Positions 54,502 through 63,948 of a stretch of 64,000 bases of DNA are shown here, one piece after another; the first letter of the stretch is position 1, and the number at the start of each line of letters is the position of its first letter. This DNA is from an uncultured Mitsuokella sp. (lineage in GTDB: Bacteria; Bacillota; Negativicutes; Selenomonadales; Selenomonadaceae): assembly GCA_945873115.1 (NCBI GenBank), contig CAMCBT010000005.1, positions 69 to 64,068 on the forward strand, given 5' to 3'. The translations under genes and the position numbers were made by a program. Under the pieces are notes generated by a model. It made no database searches. It saw only the letters and a program-made list of their open reading frames with translations, and was not told the origin of the DNA.

Positions 54502-56697
54502 CTAACTTCCTCCGTGGAGGCGCTCCGCCAGGAGCGTGTACCGCCGCTTCGTCCTATCGTTTTCCACCGCCGTATTGAGGGCGGCCCGGGAGCCCATGAG
54601 TATGACGCAACGCCTCGCCCGGGTCACTGCCGTATAGAGGAGATTCCTCTGGAGCATGATGTGGTGGCCCGGCACCAGGGGCAGGACGATGACGGGGTAC
54701 TCGCTGCCTTGGCTTTTATGGACGCTCATGGCATAGGCGAGGGTCAGCTCCCCCAGCTCTGACTTCTCATAGCTCACCACGAGCCCCTCAGAGAAGGCCA
54801 CCTCGATGCCCCCTGCATCGAGATCCGTGATAAAGCCGATATCCCCGTTGAAGACCTGCTTCGTGTAGTTGTTCTTCGTCTGCATGACCTTGTCCCCCAC
54901 CCGAAAGGTCAGGGCCCCGCCCCGGTACTCCGCCTTTGTGGGGGCAGGCGGATTCAGTGCCTCCTGGAGCATGCGGTTCAGGCTGTCCACACCGCATACC
55001 TGGCGATGCATGGGGGAGAGCACCTGCGCATCCGTCAGTGGCGACAGCCCCAGCTTTGGCAGGTAATCGGCACAGAAGGACACCACCTTCGCCGCCGTCA
55101 TCTCCGCATCGGGAAACTCCCAGAACTGGAAATCCCCCGAGTGGGCGAGCTTTGGGATGCGCCCCAGATTGATGGCATGGGCCCCCAGCACGATGCCGCT
55201 TTCCTCCGCCTGGCGAAAGACCTCCGTCAGGCAGACGCTGGGGATGGCACCGGAGCGAAGGATATCCTTCAGCACGGATCCCGGCCCAACGGCGGGCAGC
55301 TGATCCACATCCCCCACCAGGATGATATGGGCACCCTCAGGAACCGCCTCCAGGAAATGATCCATCAGCAGGATATCCATCATGGAGACCTCATCCAGGA
55401 TGATGATATCTGTATCGAGGGGCTCATCCGCGTTCTTTGAAAAGAGCACCTGTCCGCCTACCCCCTGGGCCTCCAGCATGCGGTGGACCGTCACCGCCTC
55501 CCGGCCCGTGGTCTCTGCCAGTCGCTTTGCAGCGCGTCCCGTGGGAGCCCCCAGGAGGATGCGCATGCCCTCCGTCTCCAAAAGGTCGATCATAGCCCGG
55601 ACGACTGTGGTCTTTCCCGTGCCAGGGCCACCGGTCAGCACGAAGACGCCCTCTGCTATCGCGCTGGCCACCGCCTGCTCCTGGGTAGGCGCGAGGCGCA
55701 TCTCCCCAGCCCGGGCCCAGCCCCGTACCAACTCCAGGGGATCCTCCGACGGGTCGATATCCATGGCCTTTTGCTTGAGGAGCAGCAACTTCTTCGCCAC
55801 CCGGGTCTCTGCCCGATAGAGCTGGGGCGGATAGATAAGGGTTTCTGCCCCCTCGTACTCCACACTGAGCCGTTTGGCAGCCAGCGCCCTTCCGATGGCC
55901 TCCCGCACGGCAGCGGGCTCCACCCCCAGAAGCTTTGCTGCCTTTTCAGCCAGAGGATCTTCGGGGATGCAACAGTGGCCCGCCATGGCAATCTGTCCCA
56001 ACGCATAGTCGATGCCCGCTTCGAGGCGCGCCTCATCTGCCGCCGCAAGACCCAGGCTCTTTGCGATGGCATCCGCCGTCAGAAAGCCAATGCCCTCCAC
56101 CTCCCGAGCGAGACGATAGGGGTGCTTTTCCAGCACCTCGATGGAAAAGGAGGAATACTTTTTGTAGATACGGCCAGCGAAGGTGCCGGAAATGCCGTGG
56201 GTCTCCAGCCAAAGCATGATATCCCGAAGCTCTGACTGGGTCTGATAGGATTTCGTAATCTTCTCCAGCGTCTTTTTGCCGATGCCTGCCACCTCGAGGA
56301 GACGGGAGGGAGTTTCCTCAAGGATCTTTAGCGTATCCTTGCCAAATTGCTTTGTAATGCGCTCTGCCATGGCGGGGCCGATGCCCTCCACAACGCCGGA
56401 GGAAAGGAAGCGCGCAATCCCCTCCACACTGGAGGGGGCCTCCACCCGCAGCGAGCGAGCCTTGAACTGCTGTCCGAAGCGCGGGTGCTGCACCCAGTCC
56501 CCTTGGAGATGAAGCTGCTGACCCACGAGGGGTGCCTCGCAAGGAGCCGTCACCGTGACACGGCTGTTCTGCTTGTCCGGGCGCAGCCGAAAGACAGAAA
56601 AGGCCCCATCATCGCTGGAAAAAACCACAGACTCCACCGTTCCAGAAAGTGCTTCTGCTATCTCCATATCGAGAAGCGTCTGCTGTCTTGCCTCCAC
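54502..56697 (-). CDS. recD2: SF1B ATP-dependent DNA helicase RecD2
   Basis: Walker A LTGGPGTGKTT, IILDEVSM, HhH-containing N-terminal region, C-terminal AMSVHKSQGSEYPVI...YTAVTRAR. Confidence 0.92.
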   Translation of the reverse strand: MEARQQTLLDMEIAEALSGTVESVVFSSDDGAFSVFRLRPDKQNSRVTVTAPCEAPLVGQQLHLQGDWVQHPRFGQQFKARSLRVEAPSSVEGIARFLSSGVVEGIGPAMAERITKQFGKDTLKILEETPSRLLEVAGIGKKTLEKITKSYQTQSELRDIMLWLETHGISGTFAGRIYKKYSSFSIEVLEKHPYRLAREVEGIGFLTADAIAKSLGLAAADEARLEAGIDYALGQIAMAGHCCIPEDPLAEKAAKLLGVEPAAVREAIGRALAAKRLSVEYEGAETLIYPPQLYRAETRVAKKLLLLKQKAMDIDPSEDPLELVRGWARAGEMRLAPTQEQAVASAIAEGVFVLTGGPGTGKTTVVRAMIDLLETEGMRILLGAPTGRAAKRLAETTGREAVTVHRMLEAQGVGGQVLFSKNADEPLDTDIIILDEVSMMDILLMDHFLEAVPEGAHIILVGDVDQLPAVGPGSVLKDILRSGAIPSVCLTEVFRQAEESGIVLGAHAINLGRIPKLAHSGDFQFWEFPDAEMTAAKVVSFCADYLPKLGLSPLTDAQVLSPMHRQVCGVDSLNRMLQEALNPPAPTKAEYRGGALTFRVGDKVMQTKNNYTKQVFNGDIGFITDLDAGGIEVAFSEGLVVSYEKSELGELTLAYAMSVHKSQGSEYPVIVLPLVPGHHIMLQRNLLYTAVTRARRCVILMGSRAALNTAVENDRTKRRYTLLAERLHGGS

Positions 56698-56721
56698 GAT
56701 GTCCTCCCTTTCTCTTTGGCG

Positions 56722-58665
56722 TCAGCCCATGATGCGTTCCCACCGGGCATAGCGCTCCTCGATTTCCTTCTCCTTGGCAGCGTAGGCCTCGGCGATTTGG
56801 CGGCTCTTTTCCGGGTCGCTCTGTACCTCCGGGCTGTTCATCTCATACTCAAGCCCCTTGAGCTCCGCCTCCGCCATGGCGATTTCCGCCTCGGTCCGAG
56901 AGGCGAGCTCCTCTCTCTTGGCATCGCTCATATTGGAGGCCAGAGGTGCCTCAGAGCGCCTTGCAGACTTCTCCTCGGGGCTCTCCTGTCGAGGGTACGC
57001 AGGAGCTGCCTTATGCTGCGGGGCCTTTCCCTTTTGCGACTCTGGCGTCCTCTCTTCTGCGGCCTCGGCCGCCAGCTCAGCCTCCGCTTCCTTTTTCAGA
57101 AGATAATAGCTGTAGCCCCCCTCATACTCCCGGAGCCTTCCCTCCTCCAGCTCGAAGGTGCAGTTGGCCACCTTGTCCAGGAAATACCGGTCATGGGAAA
57201 CGGTGAGGAAGGTGCCGGGGTAGGCCATGAGAGCCTCCTCCACCGCCTCTCGGGCTGGAATATCCAGGTGGTTCGTGGGCTCGTCCAGCACCAGGAAGTT
57301 CGCCCCCGTCAGCATAAGCTTCAGGAAGGCCACCCGGGATTGCTCCCCACCGGAGAGCATGGAGATGCGGCGAAGCACCTCATCCCCACGAAAGAGGAAA
57401 GCACCCAGATATCGTCGCGCCTGCTCCTCGTCAAGTCCAAACTCATACATGATTTCATCCAGAACGGTGTTTTCCGGGTGAAGTCCCTCATGCTGCTGGG
57501 AAAAATAGCCGATTTTCACCCGGGAGCCGATTTTCACCCGGCCGGACTCAGGGGCTAGCTCTCCCACAAGAAGCCGGAGAAGTGTCGTCTTTCCTGCACC
57601 ATTTGGCCCCACGAGAGCTACGCCATCCCCATTGCGGATGAGGAAGGAAACCTCGGAAAAGATGGCATTCTTCCCGAAGGAGAAGGAGACCTCCTCCAAC
57701 TCCGCCACCCGCTGGGCGCACTCCGGCGGCTTTGCCAGTGCGAAGTAGTCGAAGGTGGCGGCCTCCGGCGGCAGGACGATGCGCTCGAGGCGCTTCAGCT
57801 GACTCTCCCGGCCCCGCGCCTGCTTGCTCTTGATGCCCGCCCGATAGCGGCGGATATATTCCTCCGTCTTCCTGATATGCTCCTGCTGCTTATCGTAGGC
57901 AGAAACGAGGGCTGCCCTGCGCTCTGACTTCACCTTCTTGTAGTAGGTGTAGTTGCCCGCGTAGCTCGTCACCATCTTCGCGTCCAGCTCCAGAATACGG
58001 GTGGCCACCCGATCGAGGAAATAGCGGTCATGAGAGATGATGAGGACACCGCCGGAATAGCTCCGGAGGAAATCCTCCAGCCACTGGGTCATCTGGATGT
58101 CCAGGTGGTTCGTGGGCTCGTCGAGGAAGAGGAAATCCGGCTCCCGCAGCAGTGCCTTTGCAAGGCATATCCGCGTCTTCTGCCCGCCGGAAAAATACGC
58201 TACCTTCTTGTCAAAATCCGCCTCCGTAAAGCCAAGGCCAAAGGCCGTGCGGCGAATGCGGCTTTCAAAATCATAGCCGCCCAGCTGCTCGAAGCGATTC
58301 ACGACACGCCCATATTCCTCCAACGCCTGTTCGTCGGATTCATCGGCAATGCGCCGCTCCAGATTCCGTTTTTTCCGAGCAAGGGTCAGCACATCGTCAA
58401 AGGCCTGGAGAAACTCGTCGTAGAGGGTGCCTTCCCCAAAATCAGCCTGCTGCTCCACATAGCCCACGGAGGCGGCCCCCAGCTCCACCGTACCACCATC
58501 CAGCTCCTCGAGCCCCAGGAGGCAGCGCATCAGAGTGGACTTTCCTGCGCCATTCGGCCCCACGAATCCCACCTTGTCGCCACGGGCCACCTCAAAGCTC
58601 ACATTCTCAAAGAGCACCTCGATGCCAAATTCCTTTTTCAGCCCTATTGCCTTTAACGAACTCAA
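56722..58665 (-). CDS. ABC-F family ATPase (tandem NBDs, charged C-terminal extension)
   Basis: Two Walker A sites (GPNGAGKST twice), two signatures (FSGGQKTR and LSGGEQSR), an interdomain linker and no TMDs. Confidence 0.9.
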   Translation of the reverse strand: MSSLKAIGLKKEFGIEVLFENVSFEVARGDKVGFVGPNGAGKSTLMRCLLGLEELDGGTVELGAASVGYVEQQADFGEGTLYDEFLQAFDDVLTLARKKRNLERRIADESDEQALEEYGRVVNRFEQLGGYDFESRIRRTAFGLGFTEADFDKKVAYFSGGQKTRICLAKALLREPDFLFLDEPTNHLDIQMTQWLEDFLRSYSGGVLIISHDRYFLDRVATRILELDAKMVTSYAGNYTYYKKVKSERRAALVSAYDKQQEHIRKTEEYIRRYRAGIKSKQARGRESQLKRLERIVLPPEAATFDYFALAKPPECAQRVAELEEVSFSFGKNAIFSEVSFLIRNGDGVALVGPNGAGKTTLLRLLVGELAPESGRVKIGSRVKIGYFSQQHEGLHPENTVLDEIMYEFGLDEEQARRYLGAFLFRGDEVLRRISMLSGGEQSRVAFLKLMLTGANFLVLDEPTNHLDIPAREAVEEALMAYPGTFLTVSHDRYFLDKVANCTFELEEGRLREYEGGYSYYLLKKEAEAELAAEAAEERTPESQKGKAPQHKAAPAYPRQESPEEKSARRSEAPLASNMSDAKREELASRTEAEIAMAEAELKGLEYEMNSPEVQSDPEKSRQIAEAYAAKEKEIEERYARWERIMG

Positions 58666-58674
58666 TTTCTCACC

Positions 58675-59967
58675 TTACTTGCTTGCATAATCCCTTCCGA
58701 TATTGACGACCGCCTGATTGGAGCTGCCCCCCTCCATGATGAGGCAGGGGAAGGGCATCCCGTAGAAGACATCCGTATTACGCTTCGAGGTCGTGATGGT
58801 CGTCTGCTCCCTAGAGTTCGTCCGTCCCGTCTCCACGCCGGAGATGATGAAGCCCTTCCGCTGGAGCACAGCTGCCACGTGAGCGCCGGCTCCATTGATG
58901 CCGCTGGAGTTTATGACCATGACGGAGATTTCCTCCGGCTTCATAGGTCCCTGGGGCTCCTCCTTAGGGGTATCCTTGCCGTCGGATTTCTTTTCCGCCA
59001 GGCTGAGCTCCTTCGGCAAATCTGCCCGATAGGCAGTCTCTGCCTCCTCTGCCGACTTCTGCTCCGACTCCGTCATGGAGCGGCCCACCTCCGAGAGGAG
59101 CCCCTCCCTCGTCTTGACGATGTCGGGAATCCAATAGCTGATATCGCTGTAGTAGGCAGGCGTTCCCGGCACCATCTGAGCCGTGAGCCCCTGCTTCTGC
59201 ATGCTTTTCAGGAGGCCAGCGAACTCCAGTAGCTCCGATACGCTCATATCCGTATCGATGGAGCTCTTGACCTCCTCCACGACGTTGGGGATGCGGGGGA
59301 GAATCTCCGGGGAAATGAGCTTTGCCAGCACGGCCTTCATGAACTTCTGCTGACGGCCGATACGGCCGATATCCCCCTCCCCATCTCGGTAGCGCACATA
59401 CTCTATGGCTTTCTTGCCATCCATGTGCTGCTCGCCGGGGTAGAGGTCAATGACGAGGCCCCCGTCGTCATCCCAAGGGTCCTCGTAGTACATGCGCTTT
59501 TCCACATCGATATCCACGCCGCCGATGGCATCGATGATGCGCTCAAAGGCCTTGATATCCACGAGGATGTAGTGATCCATCGGCACACCTAGGAGGGATT
59601 CCACGCTCTTCTGGGAAAGCGCATGACCCCCATAGGCATAAGCATGGTTTATCTTGTCGTAGCCATGGCCCTCGATGGGGACGCGGGTATCCCGGGGGAT
59701 GGAGAGCAGTGCTGCCTTCTCCGCCGACTTGTCGATGGAGGCCACCATGAGGGTATCGCTACGCCCCACATCGTCCGCCCGCCTGTCTACGCCAAGCACC
59801 ATGATATAGGTTACCCCGTCCTCCTTTGCTGCGCTTTTCGAGGAAAAGGGGCTATGGTGGGCAGCAAAAACGCCCAGAACGCAGGCGAGCAGCACCAGAA
59901 GCGCAATGCCAGCAGCTTTGACCCGACGATAGCTCCGTCTGGCCCTACGCCTCCCGCGCATAAACAT
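58675..59967 (-). CDS. LytR-CpsA-Psr (LCP) family protein with C-terminal LytR_C-like domain
   Basis: N-terminal TM anchor, then ILVLGVD-type text YIMVLGVDRRADDVGRSDTLMVASID and SIPRDT. Confidence 0.88.
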   Translation of the reverse strand: MFMRGRRRARRSYRRVKAAGIALLVLLACVLGVFAAHHSPFSSKSAAKEDGVTYIMVLGVDRRADDVGRSDTLMVASIDKSAEKAALLSIPRDTRVPIEGHGYDKINHAYAYGGHALSQKSVESLLGVPMDHYILVDIKAFERIIDAIGGVDIDVEKRMYYEDPWDDDGGLVIDLYPGEQHMDGKKAIEYVRYRDGEGDIGRIGRQQKFMKAVLAKLISPEILPRIPNVVEEVKSSIDTDMSVSELLEFAGLLKSMQKQGLTAQMVPGTPAYYSDISYWIPDIVKTREGLLSEVGRSMTESEQKSAEEAETAYRADLPKELSLAEKKSDGKDTPKEEPQGPMKPEEISVMVINSSGINGAGAHVAAVLQRKGFIISGVETGRTNSREQTTITTSKRNTDVFYGMPFPCLIMEGGSSNQAVVNIGRDYASK

Positions 59968-60104
59968 TCTCCTTCATCTTATCTACAAGACTTCCTTTCT
60001 CGCGTGTTTTCAGCCTTTTTTCATAGGAATATCGTATTTTTTAGCTAAGAATTCCGTACGGAAATCGACTATCCCCCGTGCCGCTTTTTGACCAGGAGGT
60101 AATC

Positions 60105-60191
60105 ATGATTCCGCCCTTTGTATGGCTTGTAGCCGCCGTCATCGTCACAGGATTTTTCTTCTATCTCGAATCGCGTGACGTAGAGGATTGA
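60105..60191 (+). CDS. candidate 28-aa hydrophobic micro-protein
   Basis: AGGAGG lies 5 nt before the ATG. The peptide is MIPPFVWLVAAVIVTGFFFYLESRDVED. It is followed directly by the ccgccc/gggcgg hairpin and TTTTT (60197-60221). Confidence 0.4.
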   Translation: MIPPFVWLVAAVIVTGFFFYLESRDVED

Positions 60192-60220
60192 GACGCGCCG
60201 CCCTGCAACGGGCGGTTTTT

Positions 60221-60403
60221 CTATTCGCCCTTCTTTTCCGGCGCGTCCTTTCCTTTCTCCGGCTCCTCCGTAGCGGCAGAGCGAAAGGCGCGAAGACTCT
60301 CCCCGAGGGATTTTCCCACGCCTGCGAGCCTTCCCGGGCCAAAGACGAGAAGACCGATGGCAAGAATCAACAGGAGCTTCGGGACTGTAAGACCTAGAAA
60401 CAT
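60221..60403 (-). CDS. tatA: twin-arginine translocase TatA/E family subunit
   Basis: LLLILAIGLLVFGPGRLAGVGKSLGESLRAFR matches the TatA TM helix plus amphipathic helix. No tatC is adjacent. Confidence 0.88.
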   Translation of the reverse strand: MFLGLTVPKLLLILAIGLLVFGPGRLAGVGKSLGESLRAFRSAATEEPEKGKDAPEKKGE

Positions 60404-60535
60404 GGTGGCACTTCCTTCCGTACACGAGATACAATACGACTAGTATATCATGCAAAAAGGGAGCCTGCATACTTTTTTTGACAAAAATAGAGGAAAGACG
60501 TATTTTCCTTCCAGCGACAGATAGGAGAGAAAAGC

Positions 60536-61219
60536 TTGAGCGAGAGAAATACCATTGTACGAAAAGCCTATGCCCTCGTAGGGCGCCTTGCCTCCCATTA
60601 CGACGGCATGATGCAGAACGAAAGCCTCTTAGGCCGCCTTGCCATCCGCTTCCTGTGGCAGCTGGATGGAGAAAAATACGCCGCCTTCCTGCGCCAGGCC
60701 TTCCAGGGCCTTTCGAAGGACTTCGTCGGCGACCTGCTCGAAATCCCCGTGGGCACGGGGGCCCTGTCCCTTCCCTACTATAAGGATATGAACGCCTCCT
60801 CCATCACGTGCATGGACTACTCCGAGGAAATGCTGGCGCGGGCAAGAAAATACGGCAATGAACTGGGTCTCCACGCCATTCACTTCCAGCAGGGCGATGT
60901 CTCCGCCCTCCCCTTCGAGAACGATAGCTTCGACTGCGTCCTATCCATCGACGGCCTCCACGCCTTTCCGCAGAAGGAATCCGCCCTCACGGAAATTCAT
61001 CGCGTCCTGCAAAGAGGCGGCACCTTCACCGGCTGCTGCTACGTAAGGGGCGAGAATGCCATCACAGACCGTTTCATCAAATGCTTCTGCGCCCCCTGCG
61101 GCTTCTTCACGCCGCCCTTTGACACGGAAAGCTCGCTGGAAGAGAAGCTGAAAGGGCTGTACAGCGAGGTCACCATGACCTCCGTAGGCTCCTTCGCGGG
61201 CTTCCTTTGCAAAAAATAA
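60536..61219 (+). CDS. class I SAM-dependent methyltransferase (Methyltransf_11-like)
   Basis: LLEIPVGTGALSL motif I and SFDCVLSIDGLHAF...RVLQRGGTF. TTG start 8 nt after GGAG. Confidence 0.8.
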   Translation: MSERNTIVRKAYALVGRLASHYDGMMQNESLLGRLAIRFLWQLDGEKYAAFLRQAFQGLSKDFVGDLLEIPVGTGALSLPYYKDMNASSITCMDYSEEMLARARKYGNELGLHAIHFQQGDVSALPFENDSFDCVLSIDGLHAFPQKESALTEIHRVLQRGGTFTGCCYVRGENAITDRFIKCFCAPCGFFTPPFDTESSLEEKLKGLYSEVTMTSVGSFAGFLCKK

Positions 61220-61286
61220 GCCCGCCCAGCAGCTGGACGAGCCTCCAAAACCAAGTTGGTCTGGCGTTAACAAATTGCTTTTTACT

Positions 61287-61751
61287 TCACGAGAGAATAA
61301 GCTCCAACATCCTTGCGAGTTTTTTTCCGTAGGGCACAAGCAATACCACGATTCCAAAATAGAGCAGCAGAGATCCCAGGCATACCGCAACCCATTTCCG
61401 AACCTCCCGCCAGCGAATTAGATGATATAACACAATCGGAACGCTATATATGAAGCTGCAAAAACATGTTCCGCCTGCTCCTGCAACGCAGATTCCAATC
61501 GCTCCCTTCAAAAGATACAACACACCTATACCCTGCTTTATACCTGTCAAAAACACGTAGATTGCTAATACAATCCAGGAAATAACAACCGGAAGATTTG
61601 ACAACACAAAAAGGTACACATAGATTTTTCCACGTATCATTTGGATATAGGTTGCCAAAAGCAATGGAAGGACAATGGAAGTAAAAATTATGTAAATGGT
61701 ATAATTCGACAGCGTTTCCATTACTACAAACACAGCATTCATTTGCATCAC
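61287..61751 (-). CDS. hypothetical polytopic membrane protein (154 aa, about 4-5 TM helices)
   Basis: Strongly hydrophobic segments throughout. It is AT-richer than the rest of the window and lies 22 nt downstream of the RTX-like gene. Confidence 0.6.
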   Translation of the reverse strand: MMQMNAVFVVMETLSNYTIYIIFTSIVLPLLLATYIQMIRGKIYVYLFVLSNLPVVISWIVLAIYVFLTGIKQGIGVLYLLKGAIGICVAGAGGTCFCSFIYSVPIVLYHLIRWREVRKWVAVCLGSLLLYFGIVVLLVPYGKKLARMLELILS

Positions 61752-61773
61752 TTCCTATCTGAATTGGTATGTA

Positions 61774-63948
61774 TCAGTTTGTAGCAGGAGCAACTATCAA
61801 ATGATTTTTACCCTGAAATTCCGTTGACTTATCTATCGAGGAAACGGGTGTATAAAATTCAAGAGCTGCTTCTTTGATTTTGGCGACACATGACTCTATC
61901 TGGCTGACCGAAGCCGTTGGATTATGAAAACCATCCGCTTCACGCCAAAGCTCTTCCTTATCTATACGCGTCCCATCGGCAAAGATAATACCGTCCAATT
62001 TATCCATATCGCTTCGGAACCAGTCTGGCAAAGAAATACTTGCACCTGTTTCCTTGTTCGTAATCGTAAGCATTTCCTTCTCTTGATAAAAGCCCACTGT
62101 CTCCCTATGGATTCCTTCACCAGCCAGCAAAAAAGCTTGGCCGCGTGTATCCTGCTGAGCTATAGCTCGTTCACGATTGCTTACGAGATGGACGGTGTCC
62201 TTGCCATCATTTTTCCCCCAGAATATCGTCACATTTCCTTGGCCGGCATGCTCTCCCCAGCGATGGGGATCATCTCCGCGATTCCCATAGATCTTATCGT
62301 TTCCGGAACCGCCGACAATCACGGTATCCTCTCCATGGGCATATAGGCTGTCATCTCCATCTTTTCCAAGGAGGAGAGCATTGCCACCTTCGTTTGCCCG
62401 CTCGTCTCTCCGTTTCGTTCCGTTAATCATACGCCGGTCCGCCTGCAGAAAGGCAAGGGCAAACGAATCATCCTCCTGCGCAAAATGCGACACCACGTTC
62501 TGATAGTCTTCAAAGCCACTCCAGCCCAGGACAGCCGCTGCCTTTGCAAAATCCGATAGAATGTGCGCCCCTTTGGAAGGCGCTTTGGCTATTGCTACCT
62601 CAAGTGCCTCTATTGCAGCAGAAAAATCAGCCCGAAGCGCAACATTCTTCTCGTCGAAATATGGCGTTATTTTTTCCACGAACGGCTTGGCTGAACCATG
62701 CACAGCCAGCCATCCCTCATAGTGTTGCTTTACATCCCCGTAGAGTGCGGTATAGATAGATCCATTCCAATTATTGGGGTTTGCTCCATTCTTGTAGGAG
62801 TCGCCATAGTACGCCTCCAAAACCTTCAGCTTTCGCCCGTCAATAGCATTACCTCTCGCATCTGCATCTTCTTCCGTCGCTCCTGCAAGATGATAGAGTA
62901 TGCTATCCAGAAGCTCAGAGCGTGCCGACTCATCCGATACGGCCTCATAGGCATGAAGAAGCTCCCGGAGCGATTCGCCCTCCTCACCTGCCAAGGCCTC
63001 CCAGCTGGACAGGAGTGTCCCGCTCCCTGGTAGGAATGCCTCCTTCAAAATGCTCTTGTCCCCTTTGATTGCGGCCTTATGCACTGTATCTATTCGATTG
63101 ACGGAAAACATTGCATCATAGATTCTAGAATCTTCTGTCAGACTTAATTCTGCAATTCCGAGAGCCTCGAGAGTTTTTAACTCACCTTCCTCAACGATTC
63201 CATTTCCATTATCTTCCCAGGCAAGAAGGCTTCCCCAACTAGCATCCCTCTTATCCAGTATGCCATCCCGATTCGTATCCTCTGCACGAAGTGCATCCAT
63301 ACCATCCTTGGCACGACTACCCCGAGCAAGCTTTGTATAATCCCCGAAAAGCTCGCTGCCATCATCTATCTGCCCGTTCCCATCCCGATCCATGACAAGA
63401 AGCGCTTCACCTTTCCGAATCCACTCAGAAGCCTCTGCAAAGCCATCCCCGTTATGGTCAAAATACGCCCAGGTCTGTCTGGCAGGTATATCATGTGTTA
63501 GTTTCAACACGACAGGATCGACTGGTAACGCCGGCTGCAGCCCCTGCCGATTGGGATTTTCTAGCGGTTGATAAGGAGAAGGACTTGGCTGAGCCTCATC
63601 CATCTTCTTTAATATATCCGCAAGCCGCTCCTCTACGACATCCCAAGGCACGCCCATCGCCCATCCCAACCCTCCAAGCGGGTTTGGAACCTCTTTTTCT
63701 ATTCCTGCAAGTTCCAGTCCATAATTAACGAAAGTACGTAAAAGTTCCATTTGTTCAAAAGGTGGAATTTGCGTTAGCACAGCCCACCCCGTGTCTCCAA
63801 GGATTCCCCCTCTCTCCGCATGAGATAACTCAGGATTGTTTAAGGCGTCTAAAAACTTATCTATTTGTACCGCATTTCCAAGCAAATCATTTAATTTTAT
63901 CAGTTCTTTTATAAATACAGATTCATCTAGCTTGAATTCATCTGACAT
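61774..63948 (-). CDS. calcium-binding RTX-like protein with EF-hand/dockerin-like DxDxDG loops
   Basis: FDHNGDGF, MDRDGNGQIDDGSELFGD, DTNRDGILD and EDNGNGIVEEGEL loops (residues about 163-255). Degenerate nonapeptides GKDGDDSLYA and GGSGNDKIYGNRGDD (residues about 519-562). No N-terminal signal peptide. RBS AAGGAGGG. Confidence 0.75.
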   Translation of the reverse strand: MSDEFKLDESVFIKELIKLNDLLGNAVQIDKFLDALNNPELSHAERGGILGDTGWAVLTQIPPFEQMELLRTFVNYGLELAGIEKEVPNPLGGLGWAMGVPWDVVEERLADILKKMDEAQPSPSPYQPLENPNRQGLQPALPVDPVVLKLTHDIPARQTWAYFDHNGDGFAEASEWIRKGEALLVMDRDGNGQIDDGSELFGDYTKLARGSRAKDGMDALRAEDTNRDGILDKRDASWGSLLAWEDNGNGIVEEGELKTLEALGIAELSLTEDSRIYDAMFSVNRIDTVHKAAIKGDKSILKEAFLPGSGTLLSSWEALAGEEGESLRELLHAYEAVSDESARSELLDSILYHLAGATEEDADARGNAIDGRKLKVLEAYYGDSYKNGANPNNWNGSIYTALYGDVKQHYEGWLAVHGSAKPFVEKITPYFDEKNVALRADFSAAIEALEVAIAKAPSKGAHILSDFAKAAAVLGWSGFEDYQNVVSHFAQEDDSFALAFLQADRRMINGTKRRDERANEGGNALLLGKDGDDSLYAHGEDTVIVGGSGNDKIYGNRGDDPHRWGEHAGQGNVTIFWGKNDGKDTVHLVSNRERAIAQQDTRGQAFLLAGEGIHRETVGFYQEKEMLTITNKETGASISLPDWFRSDMDKLDGIIFADGTRIDKEELWREADGFHNPTASVSQIESCVAKIKEAALEFYTPVSSIDKSTEFQGKNHLIVAPATN

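Noticed and set aside
60069-60470. 133-aa and 72-aa minus-strand ORFs and a 69-aa plus-strand ORF overlapping tatA
   Set aside because: Only the 60-aa frame gives the canonical TatA sequence. The others are alternative frames of the same DNA with basic, low-complexity translations.
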